The notes below the pieces were generated by a model. That model was given only the letters and a program-made list of their open reading frames with translations, was not told the DNA's origin and searched no databases. 64,000 nucleotides of DNA from Calditrichales bacterium (GTDB lineage Bacteria > Calditrichota > Calditrichia > Calditrichales > J004). Both the position numbers and the translations under genes were made by a program. Below, piece by piece: positions 9,471-19,831 of the stretch (position 1 is its first letter; every line of letters begins with the position of its first letter). The stretch is taken from assembly GCA_015493745.1 (NCBI GenBank), contig WGCN01000036.1:9799-73798 (forward strand). The letters run 5' to 3'.

Positions 9471-9920
9471 ATGTCCCTCCGGGAAAAAATAGTACCGCTT
9501 GTGGAAAAAGCCTGCGAAAGGCAAGGGGTTATCCTGGTGGATGTTGAAGTGAAAGGTGACGGTAAACGTCCGGTCTACATGGTTTATGCCGATACGGAAG
9601 AAGGTATAACCCTGGATCAGTGTGTTAAGCTTTCACGGGCCTTGCAGGATGAAATTGATATTGATGAAAATTTTCCCGTACAGTACCGGATCGATGTTTC
9701 ATCACCCGGGCTTGACCGGCCGCTGATAAAGGACTTTCAGTACCGGAAGAATATCGGTAGAAATTTAAAAGTGAAGTACAAAGCGGATGAAATAACCGAA
9801 ACGGTTAGCGGAAAACTGATCCGTTTTGATGAGAATGAATTGGAACTGGCGGATAAAAAAAAACGAATGATTATTAACCGCCGGGACATTATAGAAGCAA
9901 AGATAAAGTTACAATGGTAA
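9471..9920 (+). CDS. rimP: ribosome maturation factor RimP
   Basis: GITLDQC, Y.IDVSSPGLDRPL; GGAG RBS supports ATG 9471 over the tracked 9411. Confidence 0.92.
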   Translation: MSLREKIVPLVEKACERQGVILVDVEVKGDGKRPVYMVYADTEEGITLDQCVKLSRALQDEIDIDENFPVQYRIDVSSPGLDRPLIKDFQYRKNIGRNLKVKYKADEITETVSGKLIRFDENELELADKKKRMIINRRDIIEAKIKLQW

Positions 9921-9943
9921 CCTGCTGGAGGTAATCAACCCTG

Positions 9944-11191
9944 ATGAATCTTGAGATTATGGAAGCTATCACACAGATAGCAAAAGATAAAAAAATCGAA
10001 AAAGAAAATCTGCGCGATATGCTGGAAAACATTTTTATCGCCATGATTGAAAAAAAATATGGCAGCGCGGAAAATTTTGACGTCATCGTCAATATTGACA
10101 AAGGCGATATCGAAATCTACCAGGAAAAAACCGTGGTGGAAACGGTGGAAAATCCGGTAACGGAAATTACGCTTGAGGACGCCCTGAAAATCGATGAGGA
10201 CGCCGAACTGGGAGAAGAAATCGTTGAAGTTATCGATCCGGAAGAGTTTGGGCGCCGTTTGATCATTTCCGCCAAGCAGAATCTGAATCAGCGTATTCGT
10301 GATTTTGAGCGTGAAAATATTGTCGAAGAGTATGAAAACCGTATCGGTGAAATCATCATCGGCGACATACATCAAATCCATAAGCGCGGCATTTATATCA
10401 ATGTGGATAAAACCGAGGTCTTTTTACCCCGGGAAGAGCAGATATATAACGAGCGCCTGCGCCGGGGCAATACGGTACGTTCCATCATCAAGGAAGTACG
10501 CAATGACGGGCGCGGTCCGGAGATCATTGTCAGCCGGGGAGACAGTAAGTTCCTGATCCGTCTGCTCGAGCTGGAAGTCAATGAGATTGATGACGGCATC
10601 GTTATCATACGCAATGTGGTTCGTGAACCCGGTGACCGCGCCAAGGTGGCCGTGGAATCCATTGACCGCCGTGTCGATCCGGTTGGCGCCTGTGTGGGAA
10701 CCAAGGGCAGCCGTATTCAGGCGATCGTTCGTGAGCTTAATAATGAAAAGATCGATGTCATCAACTACTCTTCGGAGCCGGAAATCTTCATCATGCGTGC
10801 CCTGACACCGGCCAAGCCGATAAAAATCATCGTGAATCGTGAAGAGAAGATGGCCGTGGCGGTATTGCCGGATGATCAAATGGCTATCGCCATCGGGCGT
10901 AACGGGCAAAACCTGCGTCTGGCATCGCGATTGACCGGCTATCAGATTGAACCGATCAAGGAGTCGGAATACGATTCCGAAAGCGCGTCGATCGGTATGC
11001 CCACCGTCGATGAACTTGAACTGGCGGATTCCATCAAGACCAAGTTGATCGATGCCGGTGTGACCGATGTGCAGAAAATTTTAGAATTAGAAATGGAGGG
11101 CCTTTTGGCCCTGCCCGGTATCGGGCCTAAGACAGCAGAAAAAATATGGGAAATTATTCAAGAGTTCGCAACGGATGATGCCGGCGAATAA
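9944..11191 (+). CDS. nusA: transcription elongation factor NusA
   Basis: S1/KH domains, REPGDRAKVAV, DPVGACVG.KGSRI, AIGRNGQN; C-terminal HhH. Confidence 0.97.
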   Translation: MNLEIMEAITQIAKDKKIEKENLRDMLENIFIAMIEKKYGSAENFDVIVNIDKGDIEIYQEKTVVETVENPVTEITLEDALKIDEDAELGEEIVEVIDPEEFGRRLIISAKQNLNQRIRDFERENIVEEYENRIGEIIIGDIHQIHKRGIYINVDKTEVFLPREEQIYNERLRRGNTVRSIIKEVRNDGRGPEIIVSRGDSKFLIRLLELEVNEIDDGIVIIRNVVREPGDRAKVAVESIDRRVDPVGACVGTKGSRIQAIVRELNNEKIDVINYSSEPEIFIMRALTPAKPIKIIVNREEKMAVAVLPDDQMAIAIGRNGQNLRLASRLTGYQIEPIKESEYDSESASIGMPTVDELELADSIKTKLIDAGVTDVQKILELEMEGLLALPGIGPKTAEKIWEIIQEFATDDAGE

Positions 11192-11211
11192 TGGATATGT
11201 TTGGAGAATAA

Positions 11212-13881
11212 ATGGCGGCAGCTAAAAAGTATAAACTATTTAAAATATGTAAAGAGCTAAACGTTGGCCATGAAACGGTCAGTCTGTTTTTGCAGGAAAA
11301 AGGCGTAAAGGTCAGCGGGCCGAACTCGTCGGTTTCGGAAGAAGATTATCTGGAACTGGTGGAGCGTTTTGCCACGGATAAAGCAAAAGCGGAAAAACGG
11401 CGTGAGAAGAAAAGCCGGGCCGAGGAAGAAAAAAAGGCCGAAGGTGAAGCTGTCCCGGAAACAGGCAAGGAAAAAGAGGCCGAGTCCGACTATCTTAAAG
11501 CGATAAAAGAGTCCATTGAGGTGCGGGCCGAAGAACTTTCCCGGCCGGAACCGGAGCCGGAACCTGTGCCCGAACCTGAGGTGGCGCCCGCGCCCAAACC
11601 GGAAAGCACGCCCGGGGAAGAGCCGGAGAAAGTTGTTGCCGTCGCCCCGGAAGAGCCGGGCGAAAAAGAGATTGACAAGCCCAAAGAAGCCGAAAAAACT
11701 GAAAAACCGGTCATCCGCAAACAGGTACCTTATACCGATCCCACCAAAAGAGCTAAACCCGCTCCTGAAAAAGTATCTCCTCCGGCAGCTCCGGTAAAAC
11801 AAGAGGTAAAGAAGAAAAAAGAAAAAGGGCATGAAGCCGAAAGTCTTTCCGAGAAAGAAAAGAAAAGACAAAAAGCCCTGGAAATGATCCGCAAGGACGG
11901 CAAGAAGAGAGGCTCGAAAAAGCCCGATCTGCGTGTTCTGGGTATTGATGGCGACGGCGCCGCCCGTAAGCGTAAAAGTAAAAAACAGAAGCGTAAAAAT
12001 ATTGATGCCAAGGCCGTTCAGGATACCCTGAAAAAAACACTGGCCTCCCTGGATACCAAGACTAAAAAGCCTAAGCACAAGAAAAAGGTTAAAGAGGTCG
12101 AAGGGGAACTGATTGAAGAGAATATTATTGAGGTGACCGAATTCATCTCGGCCAATGATCTGGCCAATTTGATGGATGTTCCCGTTTCCGAGATTTTAAT
12201 GAAGTGCCTTGAACTGGGGCTGGTGGTATCCATCAATCAACGGCTGGATATCGATACGATCCAGTTGTTGGCCGAAGAATACGGTTACAAGGTTGAAGAG
12301 CACAAGGTCACCGAGTTTGTCGATGACGAGGAAGAAGAAGAAGAGGAAGACCCGGCCCTGCTGGAACCGCGTCCGCCGATTGTAACCATTATGGGACATG
12401 TGGATCACGGTAAAACATCACTTCTGGACTATCTGAGAAAATCGAATGTGGCCGCCGGAGAAGCCGGTGGTATAACCCAGCATGTGGGCGCCTATGAAGT
12501 GGAATACCAGGGCAAGAAAATTACCTTTCTCGATACTCCGGGTCACGAAGCTTTTACGGCCATGCGTGCCAGAGGGGCCCAGGTAACGGATATCGTTATT
12601 CTGATTATCGCCGCCGATGACGCCGTCATGCCTCAAACCGACGAAGCTTTGGATCATGCCAAAGCCGCCGGTGTGAAAATTGTAATCGCCATAAATAAAA
12701 TAGATAAGCCCGGCGCCAACTCCGAGCGGATCAAACAGCAACTTTCCGAGCGCAATGTGCTGGTGGAAGATTGGGGCGGCCCTTATCAGTCGGCGGAAAT
12801 ATCCGCCAAAACCGGGCAGGGCATACCGGAACTGCTGGAAAAGGTTTTACTGGAAAGCGAATTGCTGGAACTCAAGGCCAATCCCAATAAGATGGCTCAG
12901 GGTTTTGTTATCGAATCCCGTCTGGATAAGGGCAAGGGCCCCATCGCCACGGTGCTGATACAATCCGGAACCCTGCGCGTGGGTGATAATTTCGTGGCCG
13001 GGCAATACTACGGAAAAGTGCGCGCCCTGCTGGACGAGCACGGAAAGAAGCTGAAAAAACTGGCGCCGGGGCAACCGGGTGTCGTGGTCGGCTTTACCGG
13101 AGTGCCGCAGGCCGGTGACAAGTTTGTGGTGCGCAAGGATGAACGCAGTGTGCGGGAAATTGCCACCAAGCGGCAGCAGTTGCACCGTGAGCAGGAAGCC
13201 AAGACCCACCGTCATAAAACACTGGCCCAGATTTCCGAACAGATTAAGTTGGGTGAAACCCAGGAACTCAATATTGTGGTCAAGGCCGATGTGGACGGCT
13301 CCGCCGAAGCCCTGTCCGACGCACTTATAAAGCTGAACACCCAGGAAGTGGAAGTGAATGTCGTGCGTAAGGCCGTCGGGCCCATTTCCGAAGGGGATGT
13401 GCTGCTGGCCTCGGCCTCCAATGCCGTGATTATCGGTTTCCATGTGCGGGCTAATGCCAAAGCCAAGGAACTGGCCGTCAAGGAAGGGGTCGATATACAT
13501 ATCTACCGCGTGGTTTACGATGCGGTTAATGACATACGTCTGGCTCTGGAAGGTATGCTACGGCCGGAAGAAAACGAAGTGGTTCTGGGACATCTGGAAG
13601 TACGCGAGACCTTCAAAGTGTCCCGCGTGGGGACGATTGCCGGCTGTTATGTGACCGATGGTAAAATCCTGCGCCAAAACAAGGTGCGCATCATCCGTGA
13701 CGATGTGGAGATTTATACCGGAAATATCGCCTCTTTAAAGCGGTTTAAAGACGATGTGAAAGAAGTGGCCTCCGGATTTGAATGTGGTGTGCAGATTGAA
13801 AATTACAATGACCTGAAGGTTGGTGATGTGATAGAATCCTTTGATGTTACCCAAACCAAGCGTAAACTTGAGAATGCATGA
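11212..13881 (+). CDS. infB: translation initiation factor IF-2
   Basis: MGHVDHGKTSLLD, DTPGHEAF, NKID, ECG near the C-terminus. Confidence 0.98.
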   Translation: MAAAKKYKLFKICKELNVGHETVSLFLQEKGVKVSGPNSSVSEEDYLELVERFATDKAKAEKRREKKSRAEEEKKAEGEAVPETGKEKEAESDYLKAIKESIEVRAEELSRPEPEPEPVPEPEVAPAPKPESTPGEEPEKVVAVAPEEPGEKEIDKPKEAEKTEKPVIRKQVPYTDPTKRAKPAPEKVSPPAAPVKQEVKKKKEKGHEAESLSEKEKKRQKALEMIRKDGKKRGSKKPDLRVLGIDGDGAARKRKSKKQKRKNIDAKAVQDTLKKTLASLDTKTKKPKHKKKVKEVEGELIEENIIEVTEFISANDLANLMDVPVSEILMKCLELGLVVSINQRLDIDTIQLLAEEYGYKVEEHKVTEFVDDEEEEEEEDPALLEPRPPIVTIMGHVDHGKTSLLDYLRKSNVAAGEAGGITQHVGAYEVEYQGKKITFLDTPGHEAFTAMRARGAQVTDIVILIIAADDAVMPQTDEALDHAKAAGVKIVIAINKIDKPGANSERIKQQLSERNVLVEDWGGPYQSAEISAKTGQGIPELLEKVLLESELLELKANPNKMAQGFVIESRLDKGKGPIATVLIQSGTLRVGDNFVAGQYYGKVRALLDEHGKKLKKLAPGQPGVVVGFTGVPQAGDKFVVRKDERSVREIATKRQQLHREQEAKTHRHKTLAQISEQIKLGETQELNIVVKADVDGSAEALSDALIKLNTQEVEVNVVRKAVGPISEGDVLLASASNAVIIGFHVRANAKAKELAVKEGVDIHIYRVVYDAVNDIRLALEGMLRPEENEVVLGHLEVRETFKVSRVGTIAGCYVTDGKILRQNKVRIIRDDVEIYTGNIASLKRFKDDVKEVASGFECGVQIENYNDLKVGDVIESFDVTQTKRKLENA

Positions 13882-14159
13882 TTGTCGGAACGCTTGAGGT
13901 AGAACTCTATCTTTCCGGAAGCGATTCCCTGAAATATAAAAGGATGATCATCCGTTCGTTACGCGACCGGTTGAGAAAGAAATTTAACGTGTCTGTTGCG
14001 GAAACAGACCTGAACGATAAGTGGCAACGGGCCCGATTGGGCATTGCCGTGGTGGGAAATAGCCGGGCTCATGTGGATGAAGTGCTGCAAAAAGCCTTTG
14101 TACTGATAGACGCCCTGCCCGAAGCGGAAATTGTTGATCACGGATTTGACTATACATAA
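13878..14159 (+). CDS. DUF503 (YlxP-like) protein
   Basis: SLK.KR, KFNVSVAE, D.WQRA.LG; conserved position between infB and rbfA. Confidence 0.85.
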   Translation: MIVGTLEVELYLSGSDSLKYKRMIIRSLRDRLRKKFNVSVAETDLNDKWQRARLGIAVVGNSRAHVDEVLQKAFVLIDALPEAEIVDHGFDYT

Positions 14160-14527
14160 TGCAAACAAACAGAAGAGCCACGCAATTCGCGGGCCTGCTT
14201 AAAAGAGAGATTAGTATTATCATCGACCGAAAGGTGCAAGACCCGGATAAGGGCTATGTTACCGTAAGCATGGTAAAGGTGTCCCCGGATTTGAAGATCG
14301 CCAGCGTCTATTATACCGTGTTGGGCGATGAGGAACAGAAAAAAAAGAGCGCGGCTGTTTTAAAGCGGTCGGCGGGCTTCATCCGAAATGAGCTGAAACC
14401 CAGTATCAAGTCCCGCTGGTTGCCCGAAGTGCGCTTTTTCTACGATGATACGATCGATCAGGCGGAAAAAATCAACCAACTGATTCACAAAATCCATGAT
14501 GATTCCGCTGATAACAAAGAGGACTGA
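14159..14527 (+). CDS. rbfA: ribosome-binding factor A
   Basis: V.VSPDLKIA.VY, GFIR, PEVRFFYD. Confidence 0.93.
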   Translation: MQTNRRATQFAGLLKREISIIIDRKVQDPDKGYVTVSMVKVSPDLKIASVYYTVLGDEEQKKKSAAVLKRSAGFIRNELKPSIKSRWLPEVRFFYDDTIDQAEKINQLIHKIHDDSADNKED

Positions 14528-15215
14528 TTTCCGGGATCTGGACAAGCTGCCGGGATTTTTAATATTGATTGACAAGCCGGAGGGATGGAGTTCTTTTGAC
14601 GTGTGCAAAAAAATCCGTCACATCACCGGCGTGAAAAAAGTAGGACATGGCGGCACCCTGGATCCCTTTGCCACAGGGCTGATGACCATCGGCGTGGGCA
14701 AGGGAACCAAAAGCCTGACAGCGATAACGGCCCGGGATAAACGCTATCTGGCCGGAATCCGGTTTGGCTATGCCACCGACAGTTTTGACATTACGGGTAC
14801 AATCACGGATGAGCTGGCGGATTTTGATCTGTCGCCGGAAGAAATCGCCGGAAAACTGGAGGAGTCTTTTAGCGGGAAGATCATGCAGCTTCCTCCCATG
14901 TTCAGCGCAAAAAAGGTAAAGGGCCGGCGTCTGTATGCCTCCGCGCGAAAAGGGATCGAGGTCGAGCGGCCGGCGGTGGAGGTACATGTGTACCGGGCGG
15001 ACATTCTGGAGTGGAAATCTCCGCATCTTGTCGTCGATTTCCACGTGTCCAAAGGGACCTATATCCGGGCTTTGGCGCATGATCTGGGCCGGGCCGTAAA
15101 TGTCCCGGCGGTATTGGAGAGCCTGAGACGGACGCATATCGGCGACTACGATCTTGAAGAGGCGCTGACCATGGAACAGTTTAACGACTTTTGGAAGCGG
15201 CAGGCAGCAGACTGA
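14496..15215 (+). CDS. truB: tRNA pseudouridine(55) synthase
   Basis: IDKP.G.SS, KVGHGGTLDPFATG, PPMFSA.K..G, SKGTYIRAL. Confidence 0.95.
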   Translation: MMIPLITKRTDFRDLDKLPGFLILIDKPEGWSSFDVCKKIRHITGVKKVGHGGTLDPFATGLMTIGVGKGTKSLTAITARDKRYLAGIRFGYATDSFDITGTITDELADFDLSPEEIAGKLEESFSGKIMQLPPMFSAKKVKGRRLYASARKGIEVERPAVEVHVYRADILEWKSPHLVVDFHVSKGTYIRALAHDLGRAVNVPAVLESLRRTHIGDYDLEEALTMEQFNDFWKRQAAD

Positions 15216-16138
15216 TGAAAATAGTTCACGGATTTGATAAGAAGCTGAGCCCGGATCGCGTTGTTACCATTGGTACTTTCGACGGTGTTCATACCGGTCA
15301 TTTGAAAATTTTGCAAACTTTGCGCGCCGAGGCTGAAAAGCACGGGGCGGTAAGTACGGTTTTAACCTTTGAACCGCATCCGCGGGTGGTTCTGGCCCGT
15401 TCCGGCAAAGCGCCGGGGGTACGGCTATTGACCACCTTCGATGAAAAAATGGCGCTGTTGGCGGCGCAAAAGGTGGATGACGTTGTGGTCATCCGTTTTG
15501 ATGAGGCTTTTTCACAGCTGTCATACAAAGCGTTCTTTGAAAAATATATCGTTTCTCAAATGCGGTTGAAAAGTCTGGTTGTCGGTCATGACCACGCCTT
15601 TGGCCGGGACCGGCAGGGCAACTTTGACGCCATCGACGCTTTGAGTAAAACGCAACATTTCGATGTGGTACGTGTCGATGCTTTCCATCTGGACGGCGTG
15701 GCGGTCAGCAGCTCTAAAATTCGCCGTTTACTGGCGGAAGGGCGCGTGGCCGAGGCCAGGCCTCTGCTCGGTTATGCCTATGGCCTTAGCGGTGTGGTGG
15801 TTCCGGGTGACGCCCGGGGAAGACTGCTCAATTTCCCCACGGCCAATGTTAAGCCGGACAACCCGGATAAACTGATCCCCCGGGAAGGTGTTTATGCCGT
15901 GGATGTGCTGCACAAGGAAGACACGTATAAGGGAATGATGAATATAGGATATCGCCCCACGTTTAATAAAAATGCCTTCGCTCTGGAGGTGCATATCCTG
16001 GAATTCAGCGAAACGATATATGGAGACACATTGACCATCCGCTTTAAAAAACGCTTGCGTGATGAAAAAAAGTTTGCTTCGAAAGAGGCGCTCATCGAAC
16101 AACTGAACATAGACAGAAAACAGAGTTTAATCTTATAA
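15215..16138 (+). CDS. ribF: bifunctional riboflavin kinase/FAD synthetase
   Basis: [30 protein letters not shown]; ATG overlaps the truB TGA. Confidence 0.95.
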   Translation: MKIVHGFDKKLSPDRVVTIGTFDGVHTGHLKILQTLRAEAEKHGAVSTVLTFEPHPRVVLARSGKAPGVRLLTTFDEKMALLAAQKVDDVVVIRFDEAFSQLSYKAFFEKYIVSQMRLKSLVVGHDHAFGRDRQGNFDAIDALSKTQHFDVVRVDAFHLDGVAVSSSKIRRLLAEGRVAEARPLLGYAYGLSGVVVPGDARGRLLNFPTANVKPDNPDKLIPREGVYAVDVLHKEDTYKGMMNIGYRPTFNKNAFALEVHILEFSETIYGDTLTIRFKKRLRDEKKFASKEALIEQLNIDRKQSLIL

Positions 16139-16151
16139 TTTTGGAGGAATA

Positions 16152-16421
16152 ATGGCTTTATCAGAAGAAAAAATGAAAGAGCTTATTCAAAAATTTGGTG
16201 ATAATGAAAATGATACGGGTAAAACAGAGGTTCAAATCGCTCTGTTGACCGAACGTATCAAATATTTAACCGAACATCTTAAAACACATAAAAAAGATCA
16301 TCATTCCCGTCGTGGTTTGTTGAAACTGGTCGGACAGCGTCGCCGTTTGTTGCGCTATCTGACAAAAGTGGATATTATGCGCTATCGTAATGTGATCAAA
16401 GAACTGGGTCTGCGTCGCTAA
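16152..16421 (+). CDS. rpsO: 30S ribosomal protein S15
   Basis: [23 protein letters not shown]; GGAGG RBS. Confidence 0.98.
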   Translation: MALSEEKMKELIQKFGDNENDTGKTEVQIALLTERIKYLTEHLKTHKKDHHSRRGLLKLVGQRRRLLRYLTKVDIMRYRNVIKELGLRR

Positions 16422-16444
16422 GCCGTAGTCCACTTGGAGGATAA

Positions 16445-18553
16445 ATGATTCAAAAAAGTATAGAGATAGGTGGCAAGACCATTACGCTGGAAAGCGGAAA
16501 ACTGGCCAAACAGGCCCATGGAGCGGTCACCGTAAGTCTGAATGAAACGGTTGTACTGGTAACGGCCGTTTCCGCGGAAGAGTCGATGAGAGATCCCGGC
16601 TTTTTCCCCTTAAGCGTTGATTACCGGGAGAAGTTCTATTCCACCGGTCGTATTCCCGGCGGATTCTTTAAACGCGAAGGTCGCCCCACGGAAAAGGAGA
16701 TCCTCTCCGCCCGTGTCATCGACCGGCCCATTCGCCCCTTGTTTCCGCCCCATTACCGTAACGAAACGCAAATCATGGCCATGGTTCTTTCCATGGATAA
16801 TGAAAACGACGCCGATGTGCTGGCCGGTCTGGGCGCTTCCGCCGCTCTATCCATCTCGGATATTCCTTTTTACGGTCCGATTGCCACCGTGCGTATCGCC
16901 CGCGTGGAAGGACAGTATGTTATATTCCCTTCCCTGTCGGAAGTGGAACGTTCCGACATCGAGCTGATCGTTGCCGGGTCGCAGGAATCGATCATGATGG
17001 TGGAAGGCGAAGCCAAAGAGGTTTCCGAGCAGGATCTGCTGGAGACCATCACCACCGCCCATGAGGCTATCAAACAATTGGTGGATGTTATCCTGGAAAT
17101 GAAGCAGGAAGCCAATGTGCCCATGCGTGATGTTGAGGAAAAAACATATCCCGAGGGTTTGCAGGAGCGGGTGACCGAATTGGGTAAAAACCTGATCACG
17201 GACGCCATCCGTCTGACGGAGAAAAAAGAGCGGCGCACGGCCCTGAAAGCTGCCAATACCACGGTTATGGAAGCCTTGGAAGAGGATTTTCCCGAGTGTG
17301 AGGATGACATCAAGGAAATTATGCATGACATCGAAAAAGATGAAGTGCGTAAAATGATCCTTGAAGAAGGCAAGCGTCTCGACGGGCGCGGTCTGCAGGA
17401 TATCCGCTCCATCAGTTGTGAAGTCGGCATATTGCCGCGTACACATGGCTCCGCGCTTTTTACACGCGGCCAGACACAGTCGCTGGGTGTGGTTACCCTG
17501 GGTACCGGTTCCGATGAGCAGATTATCGATGCCATTGAAGGCGAATCCAAAAAAGACTATATGCTGCATTACAACTTTCCGCCTTTCTGTACGGGTGAGG
17601 CCAAGCCTATCCGCGGGGTAAGCCGCCGCGAAGTGGGTCATGGCAACCTGGCGGAACGCGCTTTGCGTCCGGTATTACCCAAGGACGGCAGTTTCCCCTA
17701 CACCATCCGCATCGTATCCGAAGTACTGGAATCGAACGGCTCCTCCTCAATGGCTACCGTATGTTCCGGTTCCATGGCCCTGATGGACGCCGGTGTACCC
17801 GTAAGCAGTGCCGTGGCCGGTATCGCCATGGGATTGGTGAAAGAGGGCGATAAGGTAGCTGTCCTGTCCGATATTCTGGGTGATGAAGACCATCTGGGTG
17901 ATATGGACTTTAAAGTGGCCGGTACCCGCAAAGGTATCAATGCCGTGCAGATGGATATAAAGATCGACGGTATTTCCCGCGATATCATGGAACAGGCGCT
18001 GGAACAGGCGCGTGTGGGGCGCTTGCACATTATGGATGAAATGGAAAAAGCCATCAGCGAGCCCAGGGAAGATATCAGCCCCTATGCACCGAAGATTTAT
18101 GAATTTAAAATCAAGGTGGATAAAATCGGCATGGTTATCGGGCCGGGTGGTAAAACCATTCGTCACATTATCGAGGAAACAGGCGTTACCATTGATATCG
18201 AAGAAGACGGAACGGTACGCATCGCCGCCGTTGACGGCGAAAGCGCCAATAAAGCGCGCGGCATGATCGACAAGCTTCTCGAAGAGCCTGAGTTGGGTAA
18301 GGCCTACAAGGGTAAGGTGAAGCGTGTTAAGGACTTCGGCGCCTTTGTTGAATTCCTGCCCGGAAAAGAAGGTATGGTGCATATTTCCGAATTGGATCTG
18401 GCCCGTACCAACAAAGTAACGGATATTTGCCAGGAAGGTGATTTTATTGACATCGTAGTGAAGAACATCGCTCCCGATGGGAAAATCGCCCTCAGTCGCA
18501 AAATGTATCTGATGCGTGAAGAGAAGAAGAAGCAAGACAACGCTTCCGAATAA
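16445..18553 (+). CDS. pnp: polynucleotide phosphorylase
   Basis: GFFKREGRP, RREVGHG, SNGSSSMA, DHLGDMDFK, KH and S1 domains. Confidence 0.98.
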   Translation: MIQKSIEIGGKTITLESGKLAKQAHGAVTVSLNETVVLVTAVSAEESMRDPGFFPLSVDYREKFYSTGRIPGGFFKREGRPTEKEILSARVIDRPIRPLFPPHYRNETQIMAMVLSMDNENDADVLAGLGASAALSISDIPFYGPIATVRIARVEGQYVIFPSLSEVERSDIELIVAGSQESIMMVEGEAKEVSEQDLLETITTAHEAIKQLVDVILEMKQEANVPMRDVEEKTYPEGLQERVTELGKNLITDAIRLTEKKERRTALKAANTTVMEALEEDFPECEDDIKEIMHDIEKDEVRKMILEEGKRLDGRGLQDIRSISCEVGILPRTHGSALFTRGQTQSLGVVTLGTGSDEQIIDAIEGESKKDYMLHYNFPPFCTGEAKPIRGVSRREVGHGNLAERALRPVLPKDGSFPYTIRIVSEVLESNGSSSMATVCSGSMALMDAGVPVSSAVAGIAMGLVKEGDKVAVLSDILGDEDHLGDMDFKVAGTRKGINAVQMDIKIDGISRDIMEQALEQARVGRLHIMDEMEKAISEPREDISPYAPKIYEFKIKVDKIGMVIGPGGKTIRHIIEETGVTIDIEEDGTVRIAAVDGESANKARGMIDKLLEEPELGKAYKGKVKRVKDFGAFVEFLPGKEGMVHISELDLARTNKVTDICQEGDFIDIVVKNIAPDGKIALSRKMYLMREEKKKQDNASE

Positions 18554-18577
18554 TTCTTACCCTTTCCGGCAGAAATT

Positions 18578-19798
18578 GTGTATAAAAAAAGTAAAACCTC
18601 TCAAGGCATTACCGTAATAAGTAATGCCTTGTCTTTTTATCAAAGCGTTACGCTCGGTGTGTGGGTGAAAACCGGCAGCAGGTTTGAGCGTACCGGACAA
18701 ATGGGTATGGCTCATTTTATTGAGCACATGCTGTTTAAGGGCACCCAAAAGCGTACCGGACAGGAAATCGTGCTGACACTTGAACAACATGGCGCCAACC
18801 TGAATGCTTTTACCTCCCGTGAGCAAACCTGTTTTTACATTCAAACACCGGCCTCCTTCCTGGAGCCCGCGGTGGAAGTTTTGGCCGATATGCTTACCGC
18901 TTCCCGTTTTTCCGTGACGGATATTGAAACCGAACGCCAGGTTATTCTGGAAGAGATTGCCGCGGTGGAAGACACGCCGGATGAGTATGTGGTGGATTTG
19001 TTTCAGGAACACCTGTTTCCCGGAAATACCCTGGGGCATCCCATCCTGGGAACACGGGAAAGTGTGGCCGCCCACAGCCGCGCGGGACTCACGGCCTTTT
19101 GGCGTGAAAATTATGTCGCGGAAAATATGGTGGTGGTGGCCGCCGGGCAGTTGGACCACCAGGCCTTGCATGACTGGGTAGAGCGTTACTTTACAGGCGA
19201 AAACAGGCCGGTGCCCGTTGAGACAGGGATGTCGGCAGCTGTTGCCGACCAGGGCCGCCTCTTTGAACATCAAAGCGGTTTTACCCAGACTCATATCTGT
19301 TGCGGCGCGGCCGTGTGTGCCGCGGCGGATGAACAGCGCTTTGCGCTTGAAGCTCTGCATGTCTATCTTGGTGCGGGCATGAGTTCGCGGCTGTTTCAGC
19401 TAATGCGCGAAGAAAATGCCATGGTATACAGTGTATACAGTTTTCCGGAATTTTTCTCCGATACGGGCATCTTTTGCATATATTTGGGAACCGATGGTTC
19501 CAAAAGTGTCCGGGCTTTGGATCTGTTAAAAAGCGAACTGGAATGTTTAGTGCGCGATGGCATTGACCGAGATACCCTTGAGAGGGTTAAGCAGCAAATG
19601 CGCGGAAGACTGATGTTGAGCCTGGAAAGTACCTATAACCGGATGATACGTCTGGCCAAAAATGAAATACTTTTCGGCAGGGCCTATGAACCGGAAACCA
19701 TTTACCGGCGGATTGACAAGCTCCGTACCGCTGACATCATAAAAACCGCGCACGATTATTTTAATTTTGAAGACTGGATCATTACAAAGCTTCAATAG
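18578..19798 (+). CDS. M16 family zinc peptidase
   Basis: Inverted zinc motif HFIEHMLFKGT, NAFTS, GMSSRLFQ..RE; common pnp neighbour. Confidence 0.9.
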   Translation: MYKKSKTSQGITVISNALSFYQSVTLGVWVKTGSRFERTGQMGMAHFIEHMLFKGTQKRTGQEIVLTLEQHGANLNAFTSREQTCFYIQTPASFLEPAVEVLADMLTASRFSVTDIETERQVILEEIAAVEDTPDEYVVDLFQEHLFPGNTLGHPILGTRESVAAHSRAGLTAFWRENYVAENMVVVAAGQLDHQALHDWVERYFTGENRPVPVETGMSAAVADQGRLFEHQSGFTQTHICCGAAVCAAADEQRFALEALHVYLGAGMSSRLFQLMREENAMVYSVYSFPEFFSDTGIFCIYLGTDGSKSVRALDLLKSELECLVRDGIDRDTLERVKQQMRGRLMLSLESTYNRMIRLAKNEILFGRAYEPETIYRRIDKLRTADIIKTAHDYFNFEDWIITKLQ

Positions 19799-19831
19799 TA
19801 TCAGTACGACATAAAAGAAGGCCTCACCATA

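Noticed and set aside
11540-11660. CCGGAA/CCGGAG tandem-like repeats in infB
   Set aside because: They encode the ordinary Pro/Glu-rich linker of IF-2
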